Assembly (NCBI RefSeq): GCF_018977255.1
Contig: NW_024704742.1
Location: 124,498,001-124,562,000, forward strand
DNA: 64,000 nucleotides
Direction of reading: 5' to 3'
Origin: Callorhinchus milii
Taxonomy: Eukaryota
Numbering within the stretch: the first letter of the stretch is position 1; the number at the start of each line of letters is the position of its first letter. Below the pieces are notes generated by a model. The model ran no database searches, had not been told where the DNA came from, and saw nothing but the letters and a program-made list of their open reading frames with translations. A program made the position numbers and the translations under genes. Below, piece by piece: positions 1 to 14,339 of this stretch.

Positions 1-2449
1 CAGCAAACTATATTCGGGTATTAATGAATTCAAAGCCAAATTTGGAATATGACATAGTAAAGAAGCTTAGGGTTTAAAAAAAAGTAAACTATTAAGCTTG
101 AAGTTGGGAACCATCCCCTCGAAAAACAGTAAGAGTACTTCCTAATTAAAGGTTGAACAGTTTATGTCACATTTGTAACAGGTATGATGATGAAAGAGTA
201 TCCAAATGAATGATCTGTTGGCAACTATTCCCATTTGAGCCAACCCTAAAAAAAGGCCGGATTTCCCCAATGAATATCCAAACACCTGGGCTTGGGGAGA
301 ACAGGATTTAATTCCTGGACAGATTTATTTTCATTTCTGCTCAACACTTGAAAAACAAGCAAATGGTGAACTGAAGACTTGACCCTATAGAATCCATCCA
401 GTCTGGTAAAGAAAATGGCTTGTCCGCCTGTATTCACTTGATAGAAACCGAGGATATGTCTGATTCAAAACAATGACTGCATCCCAGACCAAGAACATGC
501 AGAGGGGCCACGTTCAGAATCCTGGTCACAAATGAATTCAAAGCTTCAAAATCACTTGAAAGACTGACCCAGGGGTACATCCGTGGGAAACTTGTAGAGT
601 CTTCCTCTTCTTCAGAATCTGACCAAAAGCAAAATACGGCTGTTATCTCAGACCTTAACCATCTGAGAAAATTAATATTATTTCTTTGACACTTCCAGTG
701 TCAATCACAGAGCTAGTGTGGACAGAGAAAATGTTTGGAAGGGCCTTATACCTTCAGATAAGATAATCCAATTCATATAATACTACTTGCATTTGATATA
801 GCGCCTTATCACGTTTTTCAAGACGTCTCAAAGCGCTTCACAGAATATAACGTGGGTATTTTGTGGGTGAAATGCGACGATCAATTACGCACAGCAGTGA
901 GTCACAAAGTCATGGATTGAGGAACCAAATTATTATTATTATTTATTTTTTCTTTTTGAACAGATTATTACCCAGGAAAACGATCCGCCAATTGACTAAT
1001 ATATAACCATTATATAACACTCACAGAGATACTTTCTATGAGGCAAGTTCTGAAGTACTGAAGTCTTTCCCTTGAAGCCTTTCAGTTCATTTGACTCCCA
1101 CTTAAGTATGTTTATGGAAAATTAACCCTGCCTTCAGACACCACCCAAAGCAGAAATATCAACACTGTGTGGGTATCAGAATCCCGAAGCATCAGTCCTT
1201 CCGCTTTATAAACACAAGTCAGTGTTCCGGTGATCTCGGGTGTTAACGAGCACTATCCTTGTGATGGACAGATTTAAGGCCAGACCAGTCCACCTGATCA
1301 GTCCAGATACATACAGTAGATCCATGACACACATTAGCTGGCATCAATCAGTGTATCTAGTGCAATGCCAGGATGCGTTGCATGTGTTGTAGTCAAATAC
1401 TTAATCTTAGGCTTTCACATTCATCCTGGCAATGCCAGTGGAACACTCGTTCGCAGCACTTGTTGAATGCTCTGGCAGCTTGGGTGGTTTGGGTTCACAG
1501 AATGCCTTTTCATTATTGACCAATTCTTCTATACTGGCCAAGTTGACAGATGTAATGCTGATCTGAAACAGATTTCCTTCAGAATCTTCTCTTGGCATAT
1601 TGAATCTTATTGAGTTGAGCTCAGGCAAAGAATTCAAGACAAATCATGCAAAAAACCATAATATAACAAATGAGGAAACTTTGGGCATGTTTCCTTACTC
1701 CACATGCCTCTGTTTACTTAGAAATAAGTAGTTGTTAAATCGTTTGGCAGATCGCTTTTCCGGCGGTAATAATCCCGTAAAAAAAAATTTGGTTTGTTAA
1801 TCTATGACTGTTTGTGGGACACTGCTGTGTGCAATTGGCTGCCGTGATTCACCCACAAAACATACAGTCAATTCACTTCACAGTATATTCTGTGAAGAGC
1901 TTTGAGACGTTTAGAAGACGTGACAGAATACATCATATCAATATATCAAATACAAGGATTATTATTGTATAATGTGCCTGCTGGAGAAGCATCTTAAACA
2001 ATTTTTTCAGCTGTAATAAAAACGTAGCCGCAATTTACATACTGTAAAAGCAGTAGGTTATTCCACCATTTTATTAGATCGCAGATGATCTTTTAATCCT
2101 ACCTACCATCCCTTTCTCTAAATCCCTTAATGGCATTACTTCCCAAGTAACTAACTAGCCACCTCCCTTTTAAACAGCCCAATGATTATATATGCACATC
2201 CTTTGGTACCGTTTCTGAGAAGAAATGTCTTCTGAACTCACTTCTAACTGCATTGAATTTCTCTACCAAACTGAAGATTCATCCCTTGTAATTTTCCCTC
2301 ATTTTAAAAACTTAAATCACACCACCCTTTAACTTCCTCAGCATTAGGATGCCTTCCAATATCGTCATATCCATCCATATTTTAGGTGCCCAAAATTGAA
2401 CACAATACTCCAAATGAGGTCTGAGCATCATTCTACATAAATGTAGTTT

Positions 2450-2814
2450 GGAGTCCTGTAGCTCAGTGGTTAGAGCACTTGCCTCGCAAGTGAGAGACCT
2501 GGGTTAGATTCCTGGCAGGGCGAAATGTTGGGCAAGTTTCCTTACTCCACACGCCTCTGTTTACCTAGCAGTAAGTAGGAACAAGATTGTTAGTCAATTG
2601 GTGTATCGCTTTTCCGGGGATAATAATTCCTTTAAAAAAATAATAAATTGGTCACTTCAATCCACGACTGTTCGTGGGACACTACTGTGCGCAATTGGCT
2701 GCCACGTATTGCCCAAAAATATACAGTCAATTCACTTTACAGTATACTCTGTGAAGTGCTTTGAGACGTCTCAAAGATGTGATGAGGTGCTATATCAAAT
2801 GCAAGGATTATTAT
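2450..2814 (+). mobile_element. tRNA-derived SINE (long form) with Deu-like core and L2-like tail
   Basis: gagtcctgtagctcagtggttagagc (A box)...ggttagattcc (B box), core tgtgggacactactgtgcgcaattggctgcc, tail tatatcaaatgcaaggattatta. Confidence 0.9.
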
Positions 2815-3464
2815 AAGAATAATTACAGTTTAGCATCCCATTAATCTTTTTGATTGCTTTCTGGACCTGCAAATGAGCTTTTAATGATTCTTAAAATCTG
2901 ATGATTCTAATTTCTTCCCACCTCCACCCCATTTTTACTCAATATAAATGCATTATATTCTTACATATAACACACAAACATACCAGCTTAGACTCTGCTA
3001 CATTAGTCCAAATAGCCTCTTTCTCTATTGTAAACAACCTATGATTCTATAAATCCTTTCGAAATCACAGCTGCCAACCAGTCGGCCTGTGACGAGCAAG
3101 GAGTTGCGAGCACATAGAGGCATTTTATGATTCCGGGTGCCACCAATTTGCTTGCTGCACTCTTAACTGTTAATAACTCATCCTATCACTGTTATTTTCT
3201 ATTAACTGGCTCGCCAAGATTCATTCCTTTAAAAATTTCTAACATTCCCAACATCAGCACCTCAATTGATTTACAGTTTTAAAACTATAAAAACCTATCT
3301 TCAGTTCCAAATTCTGCTTATTTCAAAAAGTTTCCAGAGATTTGGAAGAAAGATCACCTGTAAAACAGTCACTAAAGTTTACAGCAAATCCTGTGAAGCA
3401 CTTTGAGACGTCCTCTTGACGTGAAAGGCACTATATCAAATACAAAGATTATAATTCACTATCA

Positions 3465-4630
3465 TATAGTAGATACCCGGTTTGTGTTCACCTCAGTTAT
3501 TCAGTCACCTCACAATTGGGGGCACATTTTCAGTCTCTTTTATTGTTAACGTTAAAAGACAGGCTGTCTGCTTCAGTAAACCGGGCATCTCACTATTCAG
3601 GACAATGGTCATTGACTGCGGCCGCTACAGCGTCCTCCTCCGCTTCATACGCTGTTCAAACACCCGCCTCATCTACTAACCTGTACACAGTGCACTAGTC
3701 CTTGGGCTTTTCGGGCTATTTCCTTGATGCTACTACTGTGGGCAGAGTGGGGTCTGGTTGCATATACACGGTGTGGGAAGCGTTGGGATTGTGGAAGCGG
3801 TGCGAGCAGGAAATCGACTCTGCCCGGCACCTGTGGCTTAACAAGCTCCTGCGGCCAATTCTTAGTAAGTTCTGTAAAGAGTCCTGTAGCTCAGTGGTTA
3901 GAGCACTCGCTTTGCAAGTGAGAGACCTGTGTTCAATTCCCGGCAGGGTGAAACCTTGGGCAAGTTTCCTTACTCCACACGCCTGATATTAGTCCCTCAA
4001 AAAAAAACAATAAAAATTGGTCACTTCAATCCACGACTTTTTGTGGAACACTGCTATGCGCAATTGTCTGCCGCGTTTCGCCCACAAAATATGCAGTCAA
4101 TTCACTTTACAGTATATTCTGTGAAGAGCTTTGAGACGTCCAGATAACATGAAAAGCGCTATATCAAATGCAAGGATTATATTATTTATTATTATTAAAT
4201 ACTCCACCACGGAAGGAGTTGTCCTTACATGAGAGAATAGACTTAATCAAACACAGTAAGAGCAAAAGTCAAAGATAGTTAGCTGTGATCTAGGACATTA
4301 GCAGAACACAAGTTGGATGCATTTTCAAAAGGAAGGCTAATAGATGACAGCTTTTGTGTTAAATGTGACAATGTCTTTATTTATAATGAGAATACAAAGT
4401 ATCATTGGTGAATGTTCATCAGATTTGACCATTACCAATGCTCTTAACATTACATCAGTGATCTGAATCACCCGACCTGTTTCAGTAATCAGGTCACCTC
4501 ACTCCGGTCACTGGAGTGACCAGATTAGTGAGGTTCTACAGTATTTTTTAGTAAATGTTTGAAACAAACATTTGTGGATTAGAATTCAACAAGCCAACTC
4601 CTTCAGTAAACCTCCGACCTCACTATAAAC
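3465..4630 (+). mobile_element. Degenerate pogo/Tigger-like DNA transposon, interrupted by a SINE
   Basis: 4210-4341 translates RKELSLHERIDLIKHSKSKSQR*LAVI*DISRTQVGCIFKRK (CENP-B/psq-type HTH with stops); Tigger-like ends tatagtagatacc (3465) and gaggttctacagta (4530-4543); repeated ttcagtaa..cacctcact motifs; boundaries approximate. Confidence 0.65.
3879..4197 (+). mobile_element. tRNA-derived SINE (short form)
   Basis: Same head, core and tail as the other copies; lacks the ~60-nt internal segment. Confidence 0.9.
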
Positions 4631-5269
4631 AATGAACATTTTAACAACTTGAAAAATCTGAAGACAGTTATCATAAGATTTATTTGGATGAAGAAGGCCC
4701 TTTGTCTCATTGATCTCATCCTTCCAGAATACCAACCTTACTGTCCTCTCATCACAGTACCAAGTGTTTTTTTTTAAATGAATCCACTCTCCTGGTCACA
4801 ATCACACTTCCTGGCAACTTGTTCCAGTCAATAATTGTTGTGAACAATTTGCTTTCACTTTTGCCTATTAATGCATAGTCTAATGCAACATAGTCTAATC
4901 CAAAATCAAAAGAATAATAAATTGGTTATTTTCAATCTACAACTGTTTGTGGGACACTGCTGTGCGCAATTGGCTGCTGCGTTCGCCCACAAACATACAG
5001 TCAATTCACTTTACAGTGTGTTCTGTGAAGCGCTTTGGGACGTCCTCCCGACGTGAAAAACGCTATATCAAATGCAAGGATTATTATTATTATTATTAAC
5101 TTCACAGAAATTTGTGAAGCTCTTTTGAGTCCTTCCCAATATTAAACAAATTATATCAAATGCAAGGATTTTCTTATTAAAAGACTATGAGATATAGCTC
5201 ACACAGACTAGCTGACCTATTTTCCTATCTGCCAACAGCTTCTTCTCCCGCCCCAACACCATCATGTAC

Positions 5270-5850
5270 AGCATTCCTCAGGGTTCTTTTCTCAGTCCTC
5301 TCCTCTTTAATATTTACTCGATGTCATCTGCAAGCATGGGATTAACGTTCACATGTATGCAGACAACCACTGCTGTCCTGATCAATTGCCTGTCAGACAT
5401 CAATTCCTGGATGAAAGCTAACTAGCTCCAATTGTATGGCCACAACACACTCCTGTTTGGCTCCCGTCAGCACCTGCTCATCTCAGGCACTGACAGTGTT
5501 ACTATACATGGATGCACTTTCCACCTCGCCGAGCCAACGCAGAAGCTCAATGTCTTGTTCGACTTTAAACTGTACTTTGAAACCCATATCCACCAACAGC
5601 CTTTCTTTCCCCACTTCCTGGAATTCGATCTTGGAGTCCTTGCACCTAGCTCTTTCCCTCATCTCCTTCAAGGTCCATCTCAAAACCTTCCTCTTTGACC
5701 GTGCCTTTGTTCATCTTCCCACAGTCACCTTTCTTGAGCCCCACCCTCTGGATTCCAACCTGCAGCATGAGTTCAAACCCTCGACTGTCCAGCGCCTTGG
5801 ACGTCCTCCTGACATGAAAGGCACTACATGAATGCAATTTGTTGTTGTAT
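5270..5850 (+). mobile_element. L2-clade LINE fragment (RT remnant and 3' end)
   Basis: PQGS-like and YAD-like remnants (cctcagggttct; atgtatgcagac), 3' tail cagcgccttggacgtcctcctgacatgaaaggc...(gtt)n. Confidence 0.75.
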
Positions 5851-6589
5851 ACAAACAGCGATGACCCAAGTAATAACTAATAGCCCTTGCATTTGATATA
5901 GTGCCTTTATGTCGGGAGAACGTCTCAAAGCACTTCAACAACAACAGCAACAACATTACATTTGAAAAGCGCCTTTCACATCAGGAGGTGCTGTGATGAC
6001 ATATTTTGTGGGTGCATGTTTTAATAACGTTTTGGTGAATTTGTATGAAGGGCACGCTATTTGGGTGAGGAAAGTCCCTACTTTTAGAAATGATGCTATG
6101 GAACTTTTAATCTCCACATGAGCCACCAGAATAGATAGATGGTACCTCAATTCAATGTCCAGTACAATACATAGCACCTTCAAGAATGAGTTTGAAACCA
6201 TAAACATCTGACTGAGAAGGGAGGATGTTACCAGCGGAACCAAATTGGCACTGGAGTTAGAAATATTTCTGTGCATGCGACTGCACACGCACAATTTCTC
6301 CATAAATCTAATGTGTTGGTGCACGTGTAGGTATTTACAAAAACATTCTTTATATTTAGCTATGATTTATGTAAATCACCTCATGCAAAAATAGCGCATT
6401 AATCAGATGAAAGAGCACTGCAAGGTACAGCGAGTCATTTACAGGAATCAACAAGTCACTATCTTTGCTTTCTCCTCCTGGTTTACGGCACCACCCAGCA
6501 ATGCAGTTTCTTAACTTTGAATGCACAGTCCGAACTCTGGTTTAAGAAGAATATTTGAAATTATTGAAAGATGTTTGGAAGGAGTCATT

Positions 6590-7140
6590 CATCTATTACC
6601 TGGTCTATTACTTATGGGGACTTCAATCCACACAACATAAACTGGAAATGCCAAGAGGGAAGGACTGTGGGTTTGTCAATGAGTGTTTTCTGACTCAGTG
6701 AACCCATAAGGGGATGTTCCCTTCTTGACTGAATTCTAGTCATGTAACCGACCCCAGACTTCCAAAAGGAATTTGACAAAGTACCACATAAGAGACTCTC
6801 TCACAAACTGACATCACTGGGCATCATGAGTAAGACATGGAGCAGGATTTTAAATTGACTGAAGGAAAGGAAGCAGAGGGTAGTCATTATGGTAGCCAAA
6901 TAGGGGGAGGTATTAAGTGGGGTGCCTCAGGGGTTTCTGATGGGACCCCTTTTGTTCTTTATATACATTAATTACCTGGATACTGACTCAATGCAAAGTC
7001 GTTAAACCAGGGGAAGATACTAAGTGGGATGCCCCAGGGATTTGAATCAGGCCCATTCTTGTTCCTTGTATTCATTAATAACCTGAATTCACAGATTCGG
7101 AGACTCGGAAATTTAGTTAAATTTGCTGATGACACCCTCC
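6590..7140 (+). mobile_element. CR1 LINE fragments (rearranged)
   Basis: gacttccaaaaggaatttgacaaagtacca (DF.K.FDKVP), two GVPQG-like motifs, VKFADDT. Confidence 0.75.
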
Positions 7141-8264
7141 AAGGTGGTGGTGGGGCAATGGGAAGGGAATGTGGAATCAGAAAAGACAACAAACAAACAC
7201 TAGAGTTCAACCAACAGAGCCAAACTGACCATGTTATTATGTTCAAATGCTGCTATAATTGTATGAATAAGTGGATTCATAATTTATGCACATCTGATTT
7301 ATGTACTTGATTAATCAAAATGTGTTTCCAACAAGTAGCTTTTACAATTCCTCTCAAGAAAAGCATTGGACAATTACCATCATTTCCTATCTAAGGAACC
7401 AGCAAATACTTGGGGAAGACATGGAGATATCTTGAAAATATTCCTTTAAAAAATGCAATCACTATGATTTTGAAATGGATAGAGAGATTGCACTCTCCAA
7501 TCTCCCTTATCCTTCCAAGGTTTTAAAGCATGCATATATTGTAATTCTCACTAATTAATTGACTGAGCAGAAGATGTGGTATAATTATAACCAGAAATAT
7601 CACCAGAAATTATAATCATGAACAAATTTACGAGGAGTCTGAAGCTACACAGACCAGCATTAAACAATGAACACTGCTATAAAAATAGAATATAGTGTGA
7701 GAATGTTCTTAAAATAAAAATAAACCCATCTTAAAAGCTAAATGTATTTCAGTTTTTTGTTTCAGGAGTTACATTTTTACGAGTGTTTCCAACAACAGCA
7801 AGAATGAAAAATACAGTTTTAAGGGGCTTTAAAAATCATTCATTCTACCCCACTGTGCAGTACATCTGTGGTATTTTATAGATTATTAAACAACAAAAAA
7901 CAACAGCTTTAATCCATTACTATGCTTATTCTGCAAGTCTAAGACCGTGTTGCCTTTCAGTACTTTTGTTTCCTACAGTGATATAAAGTCAACAGTGTAT
8001 GGATCATATAGGGTATTTGCTTCAAAAGTTTTAGAATAACTATCGGAAAAAAACAAGGATACATTTTTCCTTACATGTTGAACTAATTTGTGTCATCTCA
8101 TTAATAGTCAAACATTAATTCCCAGACTCAATAAAATGTTGAAGCATAGCAGTCTTCTTTAAAATTTACCCTGTGTTAGGCTTTTTTATATTAGATATGG
8201 CAGTTTTCCTTATTTAATTTTTTTTAAACTTGTTTTGTTTTCATTTTCTTTATAAGTAAAATAT

Positions 8265-8460
8265 ATTTGGGAGTGCTGCATTATTGGAAGTGCCGTCCTT
8301 TGGATGAGATATTAAACCAAGGACTTGTTCAGGTGGACTTTAAAGATCCCATGGTACTGTTTGAAAAGAAAAGGGTGTGTTCTAGCTAACAGTTCTTTAG
8401 ATAAAATTGGTCATTCACTTCATGGCTGTTTAAGGGATATTGCTGTGCATAAGACCATCT
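8265..8460 (+). mobile_element. Old Deu-domain SINE fragment (SacSINE1/AmnSINE1-like)
   Basis: gggagtgctgca...gtgccgtcctttggatgagatattaaacc...caggtggac..aaagatcccatgg, recognised Deu-SINE core; related copies at 53130-53515 and 53850-54195. Confidence 0.7.
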
Positions 8461-8559
8461 GCTGCTTTAGTCTAATAATAATAATCCCTCCCTCTGATAT
8501 AGCACCTTATCACATCGTTGAGGCGTTTCAATGAGCTTCACAGAATATATTGTAAAGCG

Positions 8560-9195
8560 CCGTCACTATCTCATACCACAGGCCGCCGAAACTCTCATAC
8601 ACGCATTCATTACATTGAGGCTTGACTGTGCAAACTCTTTGCTTGTCGGCCTCCCCAACTCCTCCCTCCATAGGCTGCAGATCATCCAGAACTGCAGTCC
8701 GTGTCCTCTCCCACACCAGGATCCGTGACTCTATCACTCCAATCCTTGGCTGACCCCACTGGCTTCTCATCACACAGAGGATACAGTTCAAGATCCTGGT
8801 TCTCACACTTTCAAAGCCCTCCACGACTTTGCTCCCCCCTATCTCTGCGATCTCCTAACCCTCTACCATCCTGCCTGCTCTCTCCGCTCAGCGGGTTCCA
8901 TTCCTGCTTCACGTCCCCCACCATGCTCGCCCACTATTGGTGGGCAGGTCTTCTGCCACTCTGCCCCCACCCTCTGGAACTCCATCCTGCAATTCCTCCA
9001 CCTTGGTCCCTCCTTTGCTGCTTCCTTCAAGACCCATCTCAAAACCCGCCTCTTCGACCGTGCTTTCGATCACCCTGCTTCCCCCCCTGCCCTCTATCCT
9101 CCCCAATCCCGAACCCCAGCTGAAACTCTGACCGTCCAGCACCTTGGGACATCCTCCCGATGTGAAAAGCGCTTATATAAATATAATTTTGTTTC
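8560..9195 (+). mobile_element. L2 LINE 3' fragment
   Basis: AETLIHAFITLRLDCANSLLVGLP..LHRLQIIQN motif; tail gggacatcctcccgatgtgaaaagcgc. Confidence 0.85.
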
Positions 9196-9740
9196 TGTTG
9201 AATTGACTGTATTTTGTGGACGAAGCTACGAAACTATAATACACTGGGACTACCACAATTTATAGTAAAATCATGCTTTAAGACACTGATGAAAGAAGGC
9301 ACTGTATCAAATGCAAGGTTTATTATTATCATTTATTATAAAGTTAGATGATGTTTACTTGCTCCTGCAGGCAAACTATTATGTTACCCTTCAATTGAAA
9401 ATACGTGATCAATTGAAAAATCCCACTGAACTGAAAAATAAAAATGGGAGTTCTGGCAAATGTATGAAAGATCAGAAGCTTTTTTGCAATGATTTCCTCA
9501 GGAGTAGCTCTATCATGGCACTAATGTTTTATTTGTATACTCACAATAAGGACATTCTAGGGATTACTGAAAGTGAAGTTTTAAATGTTTTTTGTCTCAA
9601 TACTGGCATCAAATCTACAGCAAAAGCTGCCCTTAAAGATTTGACCACAATCCACTGCATACTTTCCAAGAAGTATACAAAATACTTGTGAACAGACATA
9701 GCCTCCAGGCACCAAATAGTAAGCAATGTTAAAATCTTAC

Positions 9741-9819
9741 CAATTTTTTATCAACTGTGATGAGCTGACTGTCGTGAACAGGGGACTCTGCCAACCGCCA
9801 TGTGGAAGTGCTCAATGAC
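9741..9819 (-). CDS. NDUFS4: NDUFS4 exon 2
   Basis: cacctcag|GTCATTG...AAATTG|gtaaga; 79 nt, (R)SLSTSTWRLAESPVHDSQLITVDKKL vs human [26 protein letters not shown]; phase matches exon 1; absent from the ORF track. Confidence 0.93.
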
Positions 9820-10384
9820 CTGAGGTGCAAGACAAAAAAGTGGAAAACCATTTCAAACAACTATATGACATACTCTAATCCATCTTACATAAACAAGTTA
9901 ATAATATTAGTCTCATAATATAATAGGAGAGACAGAGGGGAAAAAAAAGCACGTCAATCCTTTTTCTCCTCATTTAAGACTGTCTGCTAAGTTCCTGGCA
10001 GAGTCCCATTCAGCAGTTCACAACAGGCTGCACTTTACATCAATCTACAGGCTTTCTGTCATAGAGATTGCCAGTGGCAAGGACTGTACTGAAGTGTGCG
10101 AATGCAGCTGGCTTGTCACGAACAGACAAGTACTGTAGTACATCCAGGCAGCAACTTTATGACATTACTGACAAACGAAGCTTTTTGAAAGTGTCCAGCA
10201 TAGTTTAATACTTGATTTATCAAAGCTAGAATTGGCTCAAAGATAGTGTAATACCTTTCCCCACCTGACTGTCATTTAAAATAATTACCAAAGAAAACTC
10301 AATTTATCCAATAAAATACGTTATGTTATTTTGTTTTCCCAATGTGCTGCTCCAGGTATGTCCTTGTAGTTAAACATTTTTTGA

Positions 10385-10890
10385 ATGACAACAACAAGAT
10401 TACATTTGTATAGCGCCTTTCACGTCGGGAGGACGTCCCAAGGCACTGGACAGTGTACAGCATTTCAGACCCGAGCTGGGGTCGGGGGGGAGGGGGGGAG
10501 AAGGGAGGGGAAGGCGGGTGGCCGATGGTATGGTCGAAGAGGAGGGTCTTGAGGCGGGACTTGATAGAGGCTGAGGAGGGGGCGAGGCGGAGTGACTGGG
10601 GGATGGAGTTCCAGAGGTTGGGGGCAGAGTGGCTGAAGGCTCTCCCGCCAATGATGGGGCGGGTGGGTCAGGGGACGTGGAGCCGGCCAGAGCCGGCTGA
10701 GCGGAGGGAACGGGCGGGTTGGTAGGGGGTTAGGAGGTAGCAGAGGTAGGGTGGGGCGAGGCCATGGAGAGCTTTGTATGTGAGGACCAAGATCTTGAAC
10801 TGGATCCCCTGAAGGATAGGGAGCCAATGGAGTCGGGCGAGATTGGGGGAGATGGGGTCACGGAGTTTGGTGCGGGAGAAGACATGGGCA
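10385..10890 (-). mobile_element. L2 LINE 3' fragment
   Basis: Reverse complement of the L2 tail (gcgcctttcacgtcgggaggacgtccca) and LHWLP/IQFKILV-type remnant. Confidence 0.85.
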
Positions 10891-11349
10891 AGAATGCTTT
10901 ACAAGTTATGAACATCTCTAGAATCCTTAATATAGTAACGTTATCAGCAAACCGTCACCATCAATTCACTGTATGATTGGCATTCAGGTGGACATGCTCC
11001 AACATTTCACTTTCTGGTGAACTGACAACCCTTAAACTAATAGTGTCCATGAACTTTTTTTCCCCCGAAATTATAAAAAGGATCCAATGAACTTAACATA
11101 TCAGAATAAAAATGCACCTTTCCAGCTCTGGCGTTTAAATTTCCTAAGCATTGAAATTTCCCACACAATAGCCATTTTAGTCAAATTGTCTGTGCCATTT
11201 AGCTGAATCATTTGCAAACTATGTATACCACATCAAATAGGAATAATTTACGGAACTGAGGTCTTGATTGAAAGAGATCATAGGATCTTTCAATCTACAA
11301 GAACATTTTATTTTGTGACTAAATTTACTACAACAAAAACACTGGTTAT

Positions 11350-11670
11350 ATAATAATAATAATAATCCTTGCATTTGATATAGCACTTTTCATGTCAGGA
11401 GGACGTCCCAAAGTGCTTCACAGAACACACTGTAAAGTGAATTGACTGTATATTTGTGGACGAATGCGGCAGCCAATTGCGCACAGCAATGTCCCACAAA
11501 CAGTCGTAGATTGAAAATGACCAATTTATTATTGTTTTGGGTTCTGGGGGGATTATTATTAGGCTCTGTGTGGAGTAAGGAAACTTGCCCAAGGTTTCGC
11601 CCTGCCTGGGATTGAACTCAGGTCTCTCGCTTGCAAAGCAAGTGCTCTAACCACTGAGCTACAGGACTCC
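11350..11670 (-). mobile_element. tRNA-derived SINE (short form)
   Basis: Reverse complement of the full SINE, ending ctgagctacaggactcc. Confidence 0.9.
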
Positions 11671-12409
11671 ACGTCTATCTTTATAGAAGATTATAGAAGA
11701 ATTTCCCAATTAACCTGAAATGTCATGAAAAGAGAATCCAACAACTTGCATTTACATAGCGCCCCTCAATCAGGGTAGCATCTCAGAGCACTTAATAGGG
11801 CGGAGCTTGATGTCAAGCGAGAGAGACAGCAGTGGAGACCATAGGCACATTTGAAGAGGAAGGTCTTCAAGTTGGCAAGGAAGGGGCAAGGTAGAGGGAT
11901 TGAGGAAGAGAGTTCCAGAATTTGGGGGTGTAATGGCTGAAAGCAAAGCTGCCAATGGTAGAGCAGAGGGGAGAGGGGCTATGGAAGGCTGGAGCTGAGA
12001 GACGTGCAGGTGGAGCCCCTCATCTACCAAAGACGGTGGTAAAGGAGTGAGGTGTAAGCAGATCGGGTGGTAGGTAGGTGCCAGGGCATAAAGTGATTTA
12101 TACACAAGTGTGAAGATCTGGAATCAATCTGTTCTGTAATAAAAGATCCAGTGGAGCTTGGCGAGGACTGGGGTGATGGGGGTGCGGATTCTGGTATGAA
12201 TGAGAACACAAGCGGCAGAGATCTCATCAATGGGATTTCATGAGTGGAGCTGGGGAGAACAGGAAAAATCACTGGAAAAATCAAGGCAGAAGGTGATGAT
12301 CACGTGGATGAGGGTTTCAGCTGCGCTTTGTATGAGGCAGAGGTACAGGAAAGCAATCCTGATCAGGGCAAAGATAACTGGAGATCAAAACCGATACCTA
12401 AGTTGCACC

Positions 12410-13690
12410 TAGGTCGAGCCTGCCCCACCATTCGATAAGATCATGGCTGATCTTCTGACCTGTAAAGACCTGCCCTATCTGATATCCCCTAATCCCTCTA
12501 TTTTTAAAAAATCTATCAGTCTCAGCCTTGAAAATGTTCAAGGACTGAACATGGGATAGTGAATTCCATAAATTCACTACCCTCTGAGTGAAGAAATGTT
12601 TCCTCAACTCTGTTCTAAAAGGCTGACCCTTAATTTTAAGACTGTGACCCCTGGTTATAGATTCTCCTACCAGGGGAAACAGTCCCTCAGTGTCTACTTT
12701 ATCCAGCCCTTTAAGAATCTTATATGTTTCAATAAGATCTCCCCCAATTCTTCTGTACTCTAGTGAATATAGCCCTAGTTTATTCAGCCTATCCTCAAAG
12801 GTCAGTCCCCTCATCCCAGGAACTAGCCTAGTGAATCTACTAAGGCAAGTATGTCCTTTTTTAAATAAGGAGACCAAAACTGCACACAATACTCTAGGTG
12901 CGGTCTCACTAAGGCCCTATACAGTTGCAGCAAGACTTCCCTACTCTTGTACTCTAAACCTTTTGCAATGAACGCTAACATGCCGTTTGCCTTCTTAGTT
13001 GCTTGCTGCATCTGCAAACTAACTTTCTGAGACTGGTGTAAAAGGACACCCAAATCCCTCTGAACACTAACACAATCTAATCTCTCCCCTCTAGAAAATA
13101 ATCTGTTTTTCTATTTTTGCTACCGAGGTGAATAAGTTCACACTTCCCCACATTAAATTCCATCTGCCCCTACTCGCCCACTCCCCGAGCCTATCTATAT
13201 CCCGTTGCAATCTTTTTGCATCATTCTCAGAGCTTACTCTCCCACCTAGTTTAGTGTCATCCGCGAATTTAGATACGTTACATTCAATCTCCTCATCTAG
13301 ATCGTTGATGTAAATTGTAAATAGCTGAGACCCAACCACTGATCCTTGTGGCACTCCATTAGTCACATCCTGCCAATTCGAGAATGACCCGTTTATCCCT
13401 ACTCTCTGTTTTCTACCTGTTAGCCACTCTTCAATCCATGCTAATATGTTCCCATTAATCCCGTGGGCCTTAACCTTGTGCAATAGCCTTTTGTGTGACA
13501 CTTTGTCAAATGCCTTCTTAAAATCTAAATATACTACATCTACTGGTTCCCCACTATCTAACCTGCTAGATACATCTTCAAAAACTCTAAAAGATTAGTT
13601 AAGCATGACTTTCCTTTTGTAAAGCCATATTGACTCTGCCTAATCTTGTTATGGTCTTCCAGGAATCTCATAACGACATCCTTAATCAAG
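12410..13690 (-). mobile_element. CR1 LINE, 5'-truncated, frameshifted reverse transcriptase
   Basis: HKRLLHKVKAHGI...GVPQGSVVGSQLFTIYINDLD...SKFADDTKLGG; LYRALVRPHLEYCVQFWSP; FFTQRVVNLWNSL. Confidence 0.95.
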
Positions 13691-14339
13691 GTGGATGAGG
13701 GAGTAGAGGCCGACTTTTTGGGATATGATTAGACTCAATATTTTATATTGTATGGCCATCCTCAATCAACCAATTCAGTTTTACACTGTCCTCTGACAAC
13801 ATGCCAGAAATCAAGAAATAATCAATCAAGAAAAAACTAAAAACACACTACCAATCAAACATGGACTTATCCAGACTCTTGCCCATGTTTAGAGGGTAGT
13901 TTCTTCCACAGGCCATTTCCAGGCCACAGGTTGGCCACCACTGATGTAGTGAAATTCAAAGTATGTTATACTGCAATCCCTGTAGAAAACTTATTAAACA
14001 ATTATTCCAACAGAGAGGGCTCTTTGGTCGACAATGCCTGTGCTACTTCTGGTTCCTCGATTGACACTACCCACTAATCCCATTCTGCTGATTTTTTCCA
14101 TAACCTTTAATAGGATTAGTAAGATATAGGACAACATCTCAGAGCACTTCCCAATGGCGGGGATAGATGCTGAGAAAGGAGGAAGGGAGAAGGGAAAGTG
14201 AAAGAGGTAGATTTTAGGGTGGGATTTAACGATAATACATAATAATGTTCCATACATTTGATAGCACCTTCTCACATCAAAATATTTCAAACCACTTCAC
14301 AAAATTATACTGTAAAGTGATGTATATCTGTATATACTG

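Noticed and set aside
1..1640. Coding-looking ORFs 246-437 and 1407-1637 (-), with faint resemblance to RT or Argonaute segments, and an acidic stretch after a possible acceptor near 618
   Set aside because: No convincing motif continuity, frequent stops and no consistent exon chain. The region is probably NDUFS4 intron 2; a BLASTx search would be needed to say more.
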